The notes: generated by a model not told the origin, from the sequence alone. A DNA stretch of 64,000 bases from an uncultured Mucilaginibacter sp. (GCA_964524015.1 CAZGBN010000012.1:7478-71477); one strand, 5' to 3'; shown: positions 38,947 through 49,111, counted from the stretch's first letter. Translations and numbers: made by a program.

Positions 38947-40208
38947 GTTTAACAGACAGGGATTTAAAGGTAATATGGCACCCCTATACCCAAATGAAAA
39001 CGGCCTTGCCACCTGTGCCTATTGTGAGAGGCGAAGGCGCTTGTTTTTTTGATGAGAGTGGTAAAAAATATATAGATGCAGTATCTTCCTGGTGGACGAA
39101 TATACATGGGCACTCACACCCCTACATCGCCCAAAAAGTAGCCGAACAATTAACTAAATTGGAGCATGTAATATTTGCAGGCTTTACACATCCCGGTGCA
39201 GTTGAACTGGCCGAACGTTTATTGCAAATATTGCCGTCAAATCAAAAAAAAGCTTTTTATTCAGACAATGGCTCAACAGCTGTTGAGGTAGCTATAAAAA
39301 TGTGCCTTCAGTATTGGCATAACCAAGACAGGGGCCGCACCAAAATAATGGCCTTTAAAAATGCCTATCACGGCGATACTTTTGGTGCTATGGCTGTAAG
39401 CGGTCGCAGTGCTTTTACAGCGGCGTTTGATTCATTGTTATTTGACGTGGAATTTATCGATTTGCCTAATGAAACTAACATTGAAAGTCTCAAATCTCAA
39501 ATCTCAGATCTCAAATCTGAATTAGCTTGCTTCATTTTTGAGCCATTGGTACAAGGTTCTGCCGGGATGCTAATGTATGAGGCCAAATATTTGAATGAGT
39601 TAATGGCACATTGCCGTAAAGAAGGTGTGTTGTTAATAGATGATGAAGTATTTACCGGTTTTGGCCGCACAGGAAAAGCTTTCGCCTGCAACCATGTTAC
39701 AGAACAGCCAGATATTATGTGTTTCTCTAAAGGGCTTACAGGTGGCACTATGGCTTTAGGATTAACCACCTGTAGCCAACAGATATATGATGCTTTCCTA
39801 TCGGATGATAAGTTAAAAACTCTATTTCATGGCCATTCATTTACCGCTAACCCGGTTGCCTGCGCATCGGCATTGGCGAGTTTAGATATCTTCCAGGAAC
39901 CATCGACTTTAGAAAATATCAAAAGAATAGAGGAGAAGCACAGCCAGTTTGCATTGCGGATAAAACATCACCCTAAATTAAAAGCCGTGCGCCAAACCGG
40001 AACTATTATAGCTATGGAATGGCAAACAGAGGGTGATACAAACTATTTTAGCACCCTGCGGGATAAGCTATACCTATACTTTTTAGAAGCGGGTATAATT
40101 TTGCGACCATTAGGTAATATTATTTACATTTTACCTCCGTATTGCATTACCAATGCCGACTTAGACTACATTTACCAAAAAATTGAGCAGGCGCTTGAAG
40201 AGATTTAA
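38943..40208 (+). CDS. bioA: Adenosylmethionine-8-amino-7-oxononanoate aminotransferase
   Basis: ATG at 38943 (ATGA overlap); WHPYTQ, SSWW, YHGDT, DEVFTGFGRTG, SKGLTGG, LRPLGN. Confidence 0.96.
   Translation: MSLTDRDLKVIWHPYTQMKTALPPVPIVRGEGACFFDESGKKYIDAVSSWWTNIHGHSHPYIAQKVAEQLTKLEHVIFAGFTHPGAVELAERLLQILPSNQKKAFYSDNGSTAVEVAIKMCLQYWHNQDRGRTKIMAFKNAYHGDTFGAMAVSGRSAFTAAFDSLLFDVEFIDLPNETNIESLKSQISDLKSELACFIFEPLVQGSAGMLMYEAKYLNELMAHCRKEGVLLIDDEVFTGFGRTGKAFACNHVTEQPDIMCFSKGLTGGTMALGLTTCSQQIYDAFLSDDKLKTLFHGHSFTANPVACASALASLDIFQEPSTLENIKRIEEKHSQFALRIKHHPKLKAVRQTGTIIAMEWQTEGDTNYFSTLRDKLYLYFLEAGIILRPLGNIIYILPPYCITNADLDYIYQKIEQALEEI
39488..39522. repeat. 7-bp-period array inside bioA
   Basis: TCTCAAA TCTCAAA TCTCAGA TCTCAAA TCTGAAT, encoding LKSQISDLKSE. 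Confidence 0.75.
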
Positions 40209-40211
40209 TTT

Positions 40212-40820
40212 ATGCAACTATCCAATATACTACCTACTATAATTGCCAACAACGAATTACACGCTCGCTGGTTAAATACGCTGTCGTTAATGGAGAATAC
40301 CGGTGCGCGCAAAATATCAGCCAGTGAGGACCCGGTTACAGTTACTTACATCATACTAAAACATGCTGCCGAGGAGCACCGCCATGCTTTTTATCTGAAA
40401 AAACAGATTGAAAAATCAGGTAAAGACTTATGCCCAACCTATGCGGATGAATATTTGGTTGCACCTGCTTGCAGCAAGTATTACCTCAATATGCTGGATG
40501 TAGAAGTGAGCCGTTATTTAAAAAAGGAACTTAACTTATCAGGCCGCGAATTACGCTTTGCTGCTTACCTGTTGGTTACCTATGCTATTGAAGTACGTGC
40601 TGATGAACTTTACCCTATTTACCAGGATGCTTTAGATAACGCAGGTAGCAAGGTTAATGTCAAATCAATTATACTGGAAGAAGAGGGGCATTTGGAGGAA
40701 ATGATCAATCAGTTACAAAACTTCTCTCCGGTTTGGCAGTTGCATGCCGACAAAGCTGTTGAACTGGAAACCCGCCTATTTGAACAGTGGGTGGTTGAGT
40801 TAGGTAAAGAAGTAAACTAA
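40212..40820 (+). CDS. Ferritin-like di-iron protein (candidate BioE-like)
   Basis: E...EEHRH...E...EEEGH ligand pattern; 3 nt after the bioA stop. Confidence 0.65.
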   Translation: MQLSNILPTIIANNELHARWLNTLSLMENTGARKISASEDPVTVTYIILKHAAEEHRHAFYLKKQIEKSGKDLCPTYADEYLVAPACSKYYLNMLDVEVSRYLKKELNLSGRELRFAAYLLVTYAIEVRADELYPIYQDALDNAGSKVNVKSIILEEEGHLEEMINQLQNFSPVWQLHADKAVELETRLFEQWVVELGKEVN

Positions 40821-40821
40821 A

Positions 40822-42693
40822 TTAAAACGCTAAATACTCCGTAAATATCTGCTGCATAAAAGCTTTACCGTAAAGCAATGCTTTATCAGTTATAGCTTTA
40901 TCCGCATTTTTATTTTTGCGATAGATAACCCGCTGACCGGAGTTATCGTAGGATACTGCCTGTTCTGGTAGTATAAAGCCGAAACCATTATCCCAATCAA
41001 AAAAAGCAAACTCCTTGCTGTATGGGTTCAATAAGTTTTTTGACCAGGTAAATTGCTGATGCGGTAAATCAAGTTGTGCCAACAGGGTCGCGGCCAGGTC
41101 GGTTTGGTTACCCAGTTTGGTAATGGTTTTACCGCGATACTCCGGTTTTATAACATCGCCATAAAACATCATCGGAATATGATATTTACCTGGGTGAAAC
41201 GCACCGTGACTATCTAACGGTAAGCGGTGACCATGATCGGCAATAATTACAAACAACGTATTTTTATACCAGGGCTGTTTTTTTGCAGTTATAAAGTAAT
41301 CATTCAAAACCGAGTCGGTAAAGTAAGCGGTACTCCTAAACATATCAGCCACATTATCACCTTTAAAATGTGGCTTTACCGGCAATACAAAAGGCTCATG
41401 GTTAGATAAAGTCTCTACAAATGAAAAGAAGGGATGAGGCTGATTATTAAAGTATCCTGCATGTTTTTTAAGTAACACATCATCGTGCGCACCCCAGGTA
41501 GACAGGATATCCTTTTGTGGTATATGGCTCTTATCTATAATACGATCCAATTTATGATCGTACATATAGGTGTCAAAATTCATATAATCGGCCTTGCCAC
41601 CATAAAAATAGGTAGTGAAATAACCTGTATTTTTAAATTCGCTTACCAATGATGGTAATTTCCGTTGTTTTATAGTATCTAAAATAATGGTACGTATAGC
41701 CTGCGACGGAAACCCGCTTAAAATAGCTATAATCCCTTTATCTGTACGATCGCCTGCGGCATAAATATTATTGAATGCCAAGCCACTTTTAGCCAATTTA
41801 TCATAATTGGGTGCCACACCTTTTTCGCCTCCTAATGATTCGATCAGGTCGGCAGTAAAGCTTTCTAATTGTATGATAACTACATTTGGTCTGTTTGTGG
41901 TTAGTACCTGTATAGTAGTATCCTTTTTTACCGCAAATGTTTCCTGTACCAATCTTTTAGCTTGTGCGGGTTGCATATATTGGTAAGGGTTATAAGGCTT
42001 CCGGAAATTCTCGAACACATTATTGGCCAAATTCCACTCAGTATTTTGAGCAGCCAAATCAAGTAGCTGATTATCTGAAAAATAACCTGCGCTTTGGTTA
42101 ATAGGAGTAGGCTGCAAGCTGCCCCTAAGTAGGATAAAATTAATAAGGATAACCAGCACCGTAAGTGTTACCTTGCTTTTGGTGGTAACTATTGGCGGCC
42201 TTTTATAGCTATGATCTAATATGAAATGAGATAATAAAGCGCCTATCGAAATTAAAAAAACACCTATAGCAATATTTAATGCAATAGGTGTCGACGCGGT
42301 GGACGACATCGATTCGGCCGGGGCTAAATACAAGGTTTCAAATGCCCTGAAATTTACTTTAGCACCCCATTCGGTAAAGATGCCCAGATCAATAATAGCT
42401 ATAAAACTGATGAAGAATAAACATATCCAGGTGTAAACCTTAAACCATATAGGTTTAACAGGTTTGTTGCCCGTAAACCAATTAATAAAAAATACCAGTA
42501 AAGGAATAATGGCGATATAAGCCGTGGCCGATGCATCCATGCGCAAGCCGTAAACAAAGGTCTCTAATATTTCGGCAGCGGTAACACCCTTAAGTTTTGC
42601 ATGGAAATAAATTAAGAATACGGCCCGTGTTATGGCAAAAAACAGCAGCCAAAAAAGGTAAAATCTTATAAATGCAAAAAGGCTTCTTAACAT
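40822..42693 (-). CDS. LTA synthase family / sulfatase-like membrane protein
   Basis: N-terminal TM helices, PNVVIIQLESF, RTDKG, SNHEPF, ADHG. Confidence 0.9.
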   Translation of the reverse strand: MLRSLFAFIRFYLFWLLFFAITRAVFLIYFHAKLKGVTAAEILETFVYGLRMDASATAYIAIIPLLVFFINWFTGNKPVKPIWFKVYTWICLFFISFIAIIDLGIFTEWGAKVNFRAFETLYLAPAESMSSTASTPIALNIAIGVFLISIGALLSHFILDHSYKRPPIVTTKSKVTLTVLVILINFILLRGSLQPTPINQSAGYFSDNQLLDLAAQNTEWNLANNVFENFRKPYNPYQYMQPAQAKRLVQETFAVKKDTTIQVLTTNRPNVVIIQLESFTADLIESLGGEKGVAPNYDKLAKSGLAFNNIYAAGDRTDKGIIAILSGFPSQAIRTIILDTIKQRKLPSLVSEFKNTGYFTTYFYGGKADYMNFDTYMYDHKLDRIIDKSHIPQKDILSTWGAHDDVLLKKHAGYFNNQPHPFFSFVETLSNHEPFVLPVKPHFKGDNVADMFRSTAYFTDSVLNDYFITAKKQPWYKNTLFVIIADHGHRLPLDSHGAFHPGKYHIPMMFYGDVIKPEYRGKTITKLGNQTDLAATLLAQLDLPHQQFTWSKNLLNPYSKEFAFFDWDNGFGFILPEQAVSYDNSGQRVIYRKNKNADKAITDKALLYGKAFMQQIFTEYLAF

Positions 42694-42762
42694 GGGTTGG
42701 CAAAAGTAATTATTTTTACAGTTAGGTTAAGAAGCCTTTTTATAATAGGATACAGTGTTGAC

Positions 42763-43407
42763 TTATCTTTGTCCGCCAAGTGTGTTTAACTCATTTAGCG
42801 TTATTTTTTCGTAATCTGCAGGTACGCCAAATGACCCGACAGGTACTTTTTCTTGAACTATGGATTTTAAAGTAGCATCAATAGTTTGGCCGCTTTGAGT
42901 TGTTTTAAATTGAACAGGGAAGCCACCTGCTTCTTTAAAAAGCTTGGTTAAACTGTTTGCAGGTGCTTTTATATCATTAGTAACCCATATGTCAATGGTC
43001 GATCCACTTTTAGCATCTTTAGCAATTACTTTTTTGCTGTTAAAGCCATTTATTTGTTTAGTTTCAGTTGTGGTGGTAAAGGTATATTTAGGTGCTTGTT
43101 CCTCGGCCTGCTTTAATTCGGCAGGGGTTAATACCGCGGCTTTTTTTATAGAGATCAAAGGTACATCAACTAAAATTACACCATATGTCCCTGCTTTATT
43201 TGACACCGCTTTAATATTGGCGGGACCTTGTTGTGTTATAAAAGCGTTCGAATCTGCGTTAAATATAAGTTTAGCCTCCAGGTCGCCTATACCTGTTGCT
43301 AACGCATAGGTGGCTGTACCTTCGGTATAAGTTTTTTGTGCGCTTGCGCTTATAGTAATACAGCTAAGGGCCAACACCATTGCTGTAACTGATTTTTTAA
43401 TATTCAT
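42763..43407 (-). CDS. Secreted DUF4412/GLPGLI-like protein
   Basis: Signal peptide; ETKQINGFNSKK, IWVT, GFP, FGVPADY. Confidence 0.65.
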   Translation of the reverse strand: MNIKKSVTAMVLALSCITISASAQKTYTEGTATYALATGIGDLEAKLIFNADSNAFITQQGPANIKAVSNKAGTYGVILVDVPLISIKKAAVLTPAELKQAEEQAPKYTFTTTTETKQINGFNSKKVIAKDAKSGSTIDIWVTNDIKAPANSLTKLFKEAGGFPVQFKTTQSGQTIDATLKSIVQEKVPVGSFGVPADYEKITLNELNTLGGQR

Positions 43408-43445
43408 AGTTTTATAGATTGTAAATAGATGTTAAAGTTTAACGT

Positions 43446-45554
43446 TCAATAGATATTAGATAGTATAATTAATGCTTTGTTACGCTTTAATGACTGATAG
43501 GGGATTCGATTGTTTTGTGCTTCCTGTTCTAATTTTTCAACCAGGTTGGGTCTGTTATCAGCATTAATAACCAGTAGCTTGTAAGTATAGTTTTTATTAA
43601 TTGAAGTAATAGCTGTTTTCGGGTTGTTTGTTATGTACAGATAGTCAACTTGCAGTTTTTGCGGTAGTAGTTTGTTTGAAGTGGTTTTGTTGTAGATGAG
43701 TATAGCTTTGTTCTTGAATTGAATGAAATCACCGGTTTTTCTCAAAAACGGCATGTTGATATTTTTATCCAAAGTATATACAGCGGTATCTGTTATTTTA
43801 CAGCTATCCAGGTAAGGTTGAATAGCATACTTATAATTTTTATCCGCGGGATTTAGGTCGGTTAAAATGATAGATTTATTATTATTCTTGAATACAATGC
43901 CACTATGCGATCTTAAATTCAAATAAGTGATACTATCGGTTTTAAAAGCATTGTATTTTTTTAGGCTGATGCTGATGGCAAACATCGATATGCATATGAG
44001 GGATACTTTTATGAACCATTTCCTTTTGTCAAATAAAAAGTAAAATATGCAGATGATGATCACATACAGTAATAAATATTCCAACGTGGTGAGCCATATT
44101 TTACCTATGCTAGCCAGCGGCGATTGTTCAATTACAGTTAATGCTTTATTCATCCACAGGATAGCCTGCTCTAAAATTAACCCCAGGGCTTTTGAAACAC
44201 CAGGTATCTGCGGCAGCAATAAATAAAATAACCCGGTATACATAATTAACATAACAGGCAAGGCTATCAATAAGTTACTTATTAAAAAGTAAACCGGGAA
44301 CTGGTGAAAGTAATAGGCGCTTAGCGGAAATGTAATTACCTGTGCGGCGATAGATATGGAACACAATGCCCACAACTTATCTATCCACCTGTTTTTAAAT
44401 TCTAATATACTATATACAATCGGCTGAAACACCACTAAACCCGCAACTGCCAAATAGGAGAGCTGAAAACCCACATCAGTAATAAAGCAAGGGTTGTATA
44501 ATAAGAGTACAAATGCAGATACGGCTAATATATTCAGCGTATTGATATAACGATTATACGTTTTGCCCATGATAATGAGCGATAACATAACTGCGGCCCG
44601 GCAAACAGCGGGCGAGAAACCTGTGAGCAAAGCATAATACCAAATGATGGTGATAATGATTATTGCTTTTAATAGCTTGCCATATTTGCGGACATCCAAA
44701 AAGCCAAGCACATAATTTAGCAGCAAAAATAAAATAGCCACATGCGCTCCTGAAACGGATAGCACGTGTATAGTTCCCGTTTTTGAATAGGCCTCTAAAA
44801 TATCATTACTCAAATCGGCTTTATAACCTAGTATCAATGTGGATCCTACGGCAATAGCTGTAGTATCGTGCATATTGTGCTTAAATTTTTGCACCAGATT
44901 TTGCCGTTGTTGCAACGCATAAGTAATAACCGGGTTGCCGGCATTATGGTTAAGCACTACATATTGCTTGGGATATAAAAACGCCTGGTGATAAATGTTT
45001 TGATGAGCTAAATACTTTTTATAATTAAACTCGGCAGGGTTAAAGGGTGGGTCAACTATGTTATAATTGGCAGGAATAAGTAATTCATCTCCATATTTTA
45101 ATTCAATTGCTGCGCTATCTTTTATACTGATGAGTAAATTGCCGGATGTGGTTGTGCGTTTACCATTAATTATCTGTTGTTCCACTTTCGCGGTAAACCT
45201 TACCAACCCATTTTTCAAAACAGGCTCGTTGTTAATTTTAGTAATGAGGTATTGCGAGGCCGATTTAGAGAAGTGGTCAATACGGTTTAAATCATTATGC
45301 TGTATAACGCTAATCCATCCTGCCAATAACAATACTAAACTCATTATCGACCCACCCAACCATTTGATACGATATAAACTTAAGCGTGTATAACCTAAAT
45401 TCAACCCTATAAAGGCAATACTTATTGCAGTAAGTGATATTAGCAAGTAGTGTAAATAGATGGCCGAAGAAAAATTTAACCCAATCACTATCCCCAATAA
45501 AAATGGGAGCAAGAGAAGTGCAAAAGGAATTTCGCCTTTATGGTTGGCAAGCAT
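43446..45554 (-). CDS. comEC: ComEC/Rec2 competence protein
   Basis: NPAEFNY, GTIHVLSVSGAHV, GFQLSY, YFHQFP. Confidence 0.92.
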   Translation of the reverse strand: MLANHKGEIPFALLLLPFLLGIVIGLNFSSAIYLHYLLISLTAISIAFIGLNLGYTRLSLYRIKWLGGSIMSLVLLLAGWISVIQHNDLNRIDHFSKSASQYLITKINNEPVLKNGLVRFTAKVEQQIINGKRTTTSGNLLISIKDSAAIELKYGDELLIPANYNIVDPPFNPAEFNYKKYLAHQNIYHQAFLYPKQYVVLNHNAGNPVITYALQQRQNLVQKFKHNMHDTTAIAVGSTLILGYKADLSNDILEAYSKTGTIHVLSVSGAHVAILFLLLNYVLGFLDVRKYGKLLKAIIIITIIWYYALLTGFSPAVCRAAVMLSLIIMGKTYNRYINTLNILAVSAFVLLLYNPCFITDVGFQLSYLAVAGLVVFQPIVYSILEFKNRWIDKLWALCSISIAAQVITFPLSAYYFHQFPVYFLISNLLIALPVMLIMYTGLFYLLLPQIPGVSKALGLILEQAILWMNKALTVIEQSPLASIGKIWLTTLEYLLLYVIIICIFYFLFDKRKWFIKVSLICISMFAISISLKKYNAFKTDSITYLNLRSHSGIVFKNNNKSIILTDLNPADKNYKYAIQPYLDSCKITDTAVYTLDKNINMPFLRKTGDFIQFKNKAILIYNKTTSNKLLPQKLQVDYLYITNNPKTAITSINKNYTYKLLVINADNRPNLVEKLEQEAQNNRIPYQSLKRNKALIILSNIY

Positions 45555-45605
45555 TTAGATAAGATTGGTTTAACAAAACCAAAGTACAAATAATTATCAA
45601 ACCCA

Positions 45606-45697
45606 CCATGTCATTGCGAGCGTAGCGTGGCGATCGCGAACTATGGGTACTTAGCTTCTTTGAGATTGCTTCGTCGTTCCTCCTCGCAATGACATGG
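45606..45697. repeat. GTCATTGCGA...TCGCAATGAC palindromic repeat, copy 2
   Basis: CCATGTCATTGCGAG...GATTGCTTCGTCGTTCCTCCTCGCAATGACATGG; shares both arms with the 13600 copy. Confidence 0.8.
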
Positions 45698-45704
45698 AGG
45701 TAGA

Positions 45705-46040
45705 TTACAACTGATCCCTAACTTCCAGTAAAAACTTTTTCAAGTTTTCTAACGAGTCAATAACACGTTGGTTATCCTTGGTATCGCCTAAATTATTCTT
45801 CAAATGCTCTTTGGCACCATTAAGGGTATAGCCTTTATCGCGTATCAAATGGAAAATGATCTTCAGGTTCTCCAGGTCCTCGGGAGTAAATAAGCGGTTG
45901 CCTTTTTTATTCTTTTTGGGTTTAAGTACATCAAACTCTTTCTCATAAAACCTGATGAGTGATGTATTTACATCAAACATAGCCGCTACTTCACCCATGG
46001 TGTAGTATAGTTTACTGATCTCACGTTCTTTGTAAGGCAT
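45705..46040 (-). CDS. MerR family transcriptional regulator
   Basis: YYTMGEVA, SLIRFYE, GNRLF, GYTLNGA. Confidence 0.92.
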   Translation of the reverse strand: MPYKEREISKLYYTMGEVAAMFDVNTSLIRFYEKEFDVLKPKKNKKGNRLFTPEDLENLKIIFHLIRDKGYTLNGAKEHLKNNLGDTKDNQRVIDSLENLKKFLLEVRDQL

Positions 46041-46061
46041 AATGTTTCAAATGTATGATTT

Positions 46062-46142
46062 AGTCGGGAAGTCCGCAAGTCCGCAAGTCCGAAAGAAACT
46101 AATACAAACTTTCCGACTTCCGGTCTTTCCGACTTTCGGACT
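46062..46142. repeat. Inverted pair of 8-bp-period arrays (AGTCCGCA-type)
   Basis: AGTCGGGA AGTCCGCA AGTCCGCA AGTCCGAA ... CTTTCCGA CTTCCGGT CTTTCCGA CTTTCGGA. Confidence 0.85.
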
Positions 46143-46160
46143 AATAATTAACTTTGCCCC

Positions 46161-48836
46161 ATGACTGCTAACGAAATACGCCAGGCTTTTCTGGATTTTT
46201 TTGCCGCTAAGGGACATACTATCGTTCCTTCGGCACCTATTGTTGTAAAAAACGACCCCACGCTGATGTTTACCAACGCGGGGATGAACCAGTTTAAAGA
46301 TATATTTTTAGGCGAATCGCCTGCCAAATCACCACGTGTGGCAGATACACAACGTTGTTTACGTGTTTCGGGCAAGCATAATGATCTGGAAGAGGTAGGT
46401 ATTGATACTTATCATCACACCATGTTTGAGATGCTGGGCAACTGGAGCTTTGGCGACTACTTTAAAAAAGAAGCCATTGAGTGGAGTTGGGAATTATTGA
46501 CCGAAGTATATAAAATAGATAAGAGCCGCTTATACGTTACCATTTTTGAAGGTGACGAAAAGGAGGGCCTGCCTAAAGACCAGGAAGCCTACGATTTTTG
46601 GAAATTAGTTGTACCTGAAGATCATATTCTTTTAGGAAACAAAAAAGATAACTTTTGGGAAATGGGCGAAACCGGCCCGTGCGGTCCATGTTCAGAGATC
46701 CACTATGATAACCGCAGCGACGCAGAGCGTGCTAAAGTATCAGGCGCTTCTTTGGTTAACGCCGATGATCCGCAGGTTATTGAGATATGGAATAACGTGT
46801 TCATGCAGTTTAACCGCCTTAAAAATGGCTCATTACAGCCATTGCCTGCTCAGCATGTGGATACAGGGATGGGTTTTGAGCGTTTGGTACGGGTTATACA
46901 GGGCAAGCAAAGTAATTATGATAGCGATGTTTTCTCGCCCACTATTGAGTTTATTGCTGCCAAATCAGGCAAAAAATATAATGCAGATGCTGTTCCCGGT
47001 GATGCAGATTGGAACGTTGCTGTTGCTATGCGCGTTTTGGCTGACCATATTCGTGCCGTAAGTTTTGCTATTGCCGATGGGCAGTTACCATCAAATAATA
47101 AAGCAGGATATGTTATTCGCCGTATTTTACGCAGGGCGGTAAGATACTCTTATCAATACTTAGAATTTAAAGAACCGTTTTTAAACCTGTTAGTGCCGAT
47201 ACTGGCAGAACAGTTTAAAGGTGTTTTTGATGAATTAAATAACCAAAAGGATTTTGTTCAGAAGGTAATATTGGAAGAGGAAAATTCCTTTTTGAGAACT
47301 CTTGATAAAGGTATTAAATACTTCGAAGAGTATTTCGAGAAAACTTTCGTTAGAACTGGCACTACTCCCGCAGGAGATGATATTCAATTAATATTTCCAG
47401 GTGAAAAGGCATTTGAATTATATGATACCTACGGTTTTCCAATTGACCTAACAGAATTGATGGCTCGCGAGAGAGGAGCCGTGATCAATATGGAAACTTT
47501 CAATAAATCCTTGGAAGCACAAAAATCACGATCACGTGCTGCCACCACCATTGATACCGAGGATTGGGTAGTTTTAAAAGATGATGAGTCTGTTGAGTTT
47601 ACCGGTTATGATGAAACTGAAAGCATTGCACACATCATTAAATACCGTAAAGTTACAGCTAAAGGAAAAGAGCAATACCAGATCGTATTGGATAAAACGC
47701 CTTTTTATGCCGAAAGCGGTGGCCAGGTAGGTGATACCGGCGAATTGGTTTTTCCGGATGGTGAGGTTGTAGATGTTACCGATACTAAAAAAGAGAACGG
47801 ACTAATTGTTCATTTTGTAGATAAACTGCCGGAGGATATTGACGATGCTTTAACCGCTATTGTTGATAGTCAGCGCCGCGCCAATATAATGAATAACCAT
47901 AGTGCCACGCACTTGCTGCATGCCGCTATGAAACAGGTATTGGGTTCGCACGTAAACCAAAAAGGTTCATTGGTTAACGAAGATTATTTAAGGTTCGATT
48001 TTTCGCACTTTGCCAAAGTTACTGATGAAGAAATAGCACAGATAGAAGCCATAGTTAATCAAAAAGTACGTGAGAATATCGCTTTAAAAGAGGAGCGCAA
48101 TGTACCTTATGATGTGGCGATAAAAAGTGGTGTAACTGCCTTGTTTGGTGAAAAATATGGTGATTATGTACGTGTGATCACTTTTGATGAAACTTTCTCT
48201 AAAGAGCTTTGTGGCGGTACGCACATTAAGTCAACCGGGCATATTGGCTTCTTTAAAATTATTGCCGAAAGCGCAGTAGCTGCAGGGGTAAGGCGTATTG
48301 AAGCTATTACCGGTGTAGCCGCCGAGGTATTTATTAATAATCAGCTTAAACTGGTTAGCCAGGTGCGTGAGTTATTGAAAAACCCAAAGGATGTTTCAAA
48401 AAGCATCGAAAGCTTATTAGACGAAAACAACCGCCTGAAAAAGGAGATAGAGAAAAGTGTTTTAGAGAAATCATCCGGCTTAAAAACTGAGTTGGCTCAA
48501 AAAGCTGAACAGATCAATGGCATAAACTTCATCGCGCAAAAAGTGGAGTTGCCTAACGCGGATGCTATAAAGAACCTGGCCTATAATTTAAAAGATATTG
48601 TTAGCGATCTGTTCCTGGTATTAGCTGCCGATATTGACGGCAAACCCAACATCACTGTTATGATAGCTGAAAATTTGGTTAAGGATAAAGGCCTGCATGC
48701 AGGTAATATCGTAAAAGAACTAGCTAAAGAGGTAAAAGGTGGTGGTGGCGGTCAGCCGTTTTTTGCTACCGCAGGGGGGAGTGATATAAGCGGCTTGGAT
48801 AACGTATTGGCAAAGGCCAAAAGCTTTTTGCAATAA
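46161..48836 (+). CDS. alaS: Alanine--tRNA ligase
   Basis: FTNAGMNQF, FEMLGNWSFGDYFK, DTGMGFER, HSATHLL, ELCGGTH, GGGGGQ. Confidence 0.98.
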   Translation: MTANEIRQAFLDFFAAKGHTIVPSAPIVVKNDPTLMFTNAGMNQFKDIFLGESPAKSPRVADTQRCLRVSGKHNDLEEVGIDTYHHTMFEMLGNWSFGDYFKKEAIEWSWELLTEVYKIDKSRLYVTIFEGDEKEGLPKDQEAYDFWKLVVPEDHILLGNKKDNFWEMGETGPCGPCSEIHYDNRSDAERAKVSGASLVNADDPQVIEIWNNVFMQFNRLKNGSLQPLPAQHVDTGMGFERLVRVIQGKQSNYDSDVFSPTIEFIAAKSGKKYNADAVPGDADWNVAVAMRVLADHIRAVSFAIADGQLPSNNKAGYVIRRILRRAVRYSYQYLEFKEPFLNLLVPILAEQFKGVFDELNNQKDFVQKVILEEENSFLRTLDKGIKYFEEYFEKTFVRTGTTPAGDDIQLIFPGEKAFELYDTYGFPIDLTELMARERGAVINMETFNKSLEAQKSRSRAATTIDTEDWVVLKDDESVEFTGYDETESIAHIIKYRKVTAKGKEQYQIVLDKTPFYAESGGQVGDTGELVFPDGEVVDVTDTKKENGLIVHFVDKLPEDIDDALTAIVDSQRRANIMNNHSATHLLHAAMKQVLGSHVNQKGSLVNEDYLRFDFSHFAKVTDEEIAQIEAIVNQKVRENIALKEERNVPYDVAIKSGVTALFGEKYGDYVRVITFDETFSKELCGGTHIKSTGHIGFFKIIAESAVAAGVRRIEAITGVAAEVFINNQLKLVSQVRELLKNPKDVSKSIESLLDENNRLKKEIEKSVLEKSSGLKTELAQKAEQINGINFIAQKVELPNADAIKNLAYNLKDIVSDLFLVLAADIDGKPNITVMIAENLVKDKGLHAGNIVKELAKEVKGGGGGQPFFATAGGSDISGLDNVLAKAKSFLQ

Positions 48837-49111
48837 TTTGTAGTTATTTGTTGATATTTAAATAATTAGTCCAGTTATATAAAGTATAACTTATGGTTTA
48901 CACTTTTTTAATGCCTTTTTAATTAAGTAATTGACTATCAAATAAATAAAATTATTTTTTGCTGAAATGTGTTAAGTTGTGTAAACCATGTTTGTCAATC
49001 ATAAACAATAGGTGAGTAACATACTTTTTAACACTTGCTTAAGCAGGTTAATTGTAAAATATTATATTTGGCCTTTCATCATCGGGCAAAATATAGCTTG
49101 TATTATAATTT

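Noticed and set aside
46062-46142. Possible CRISPR array
   Set aside because: Units are 8 bp with no unique spacers, and there are no cas genes
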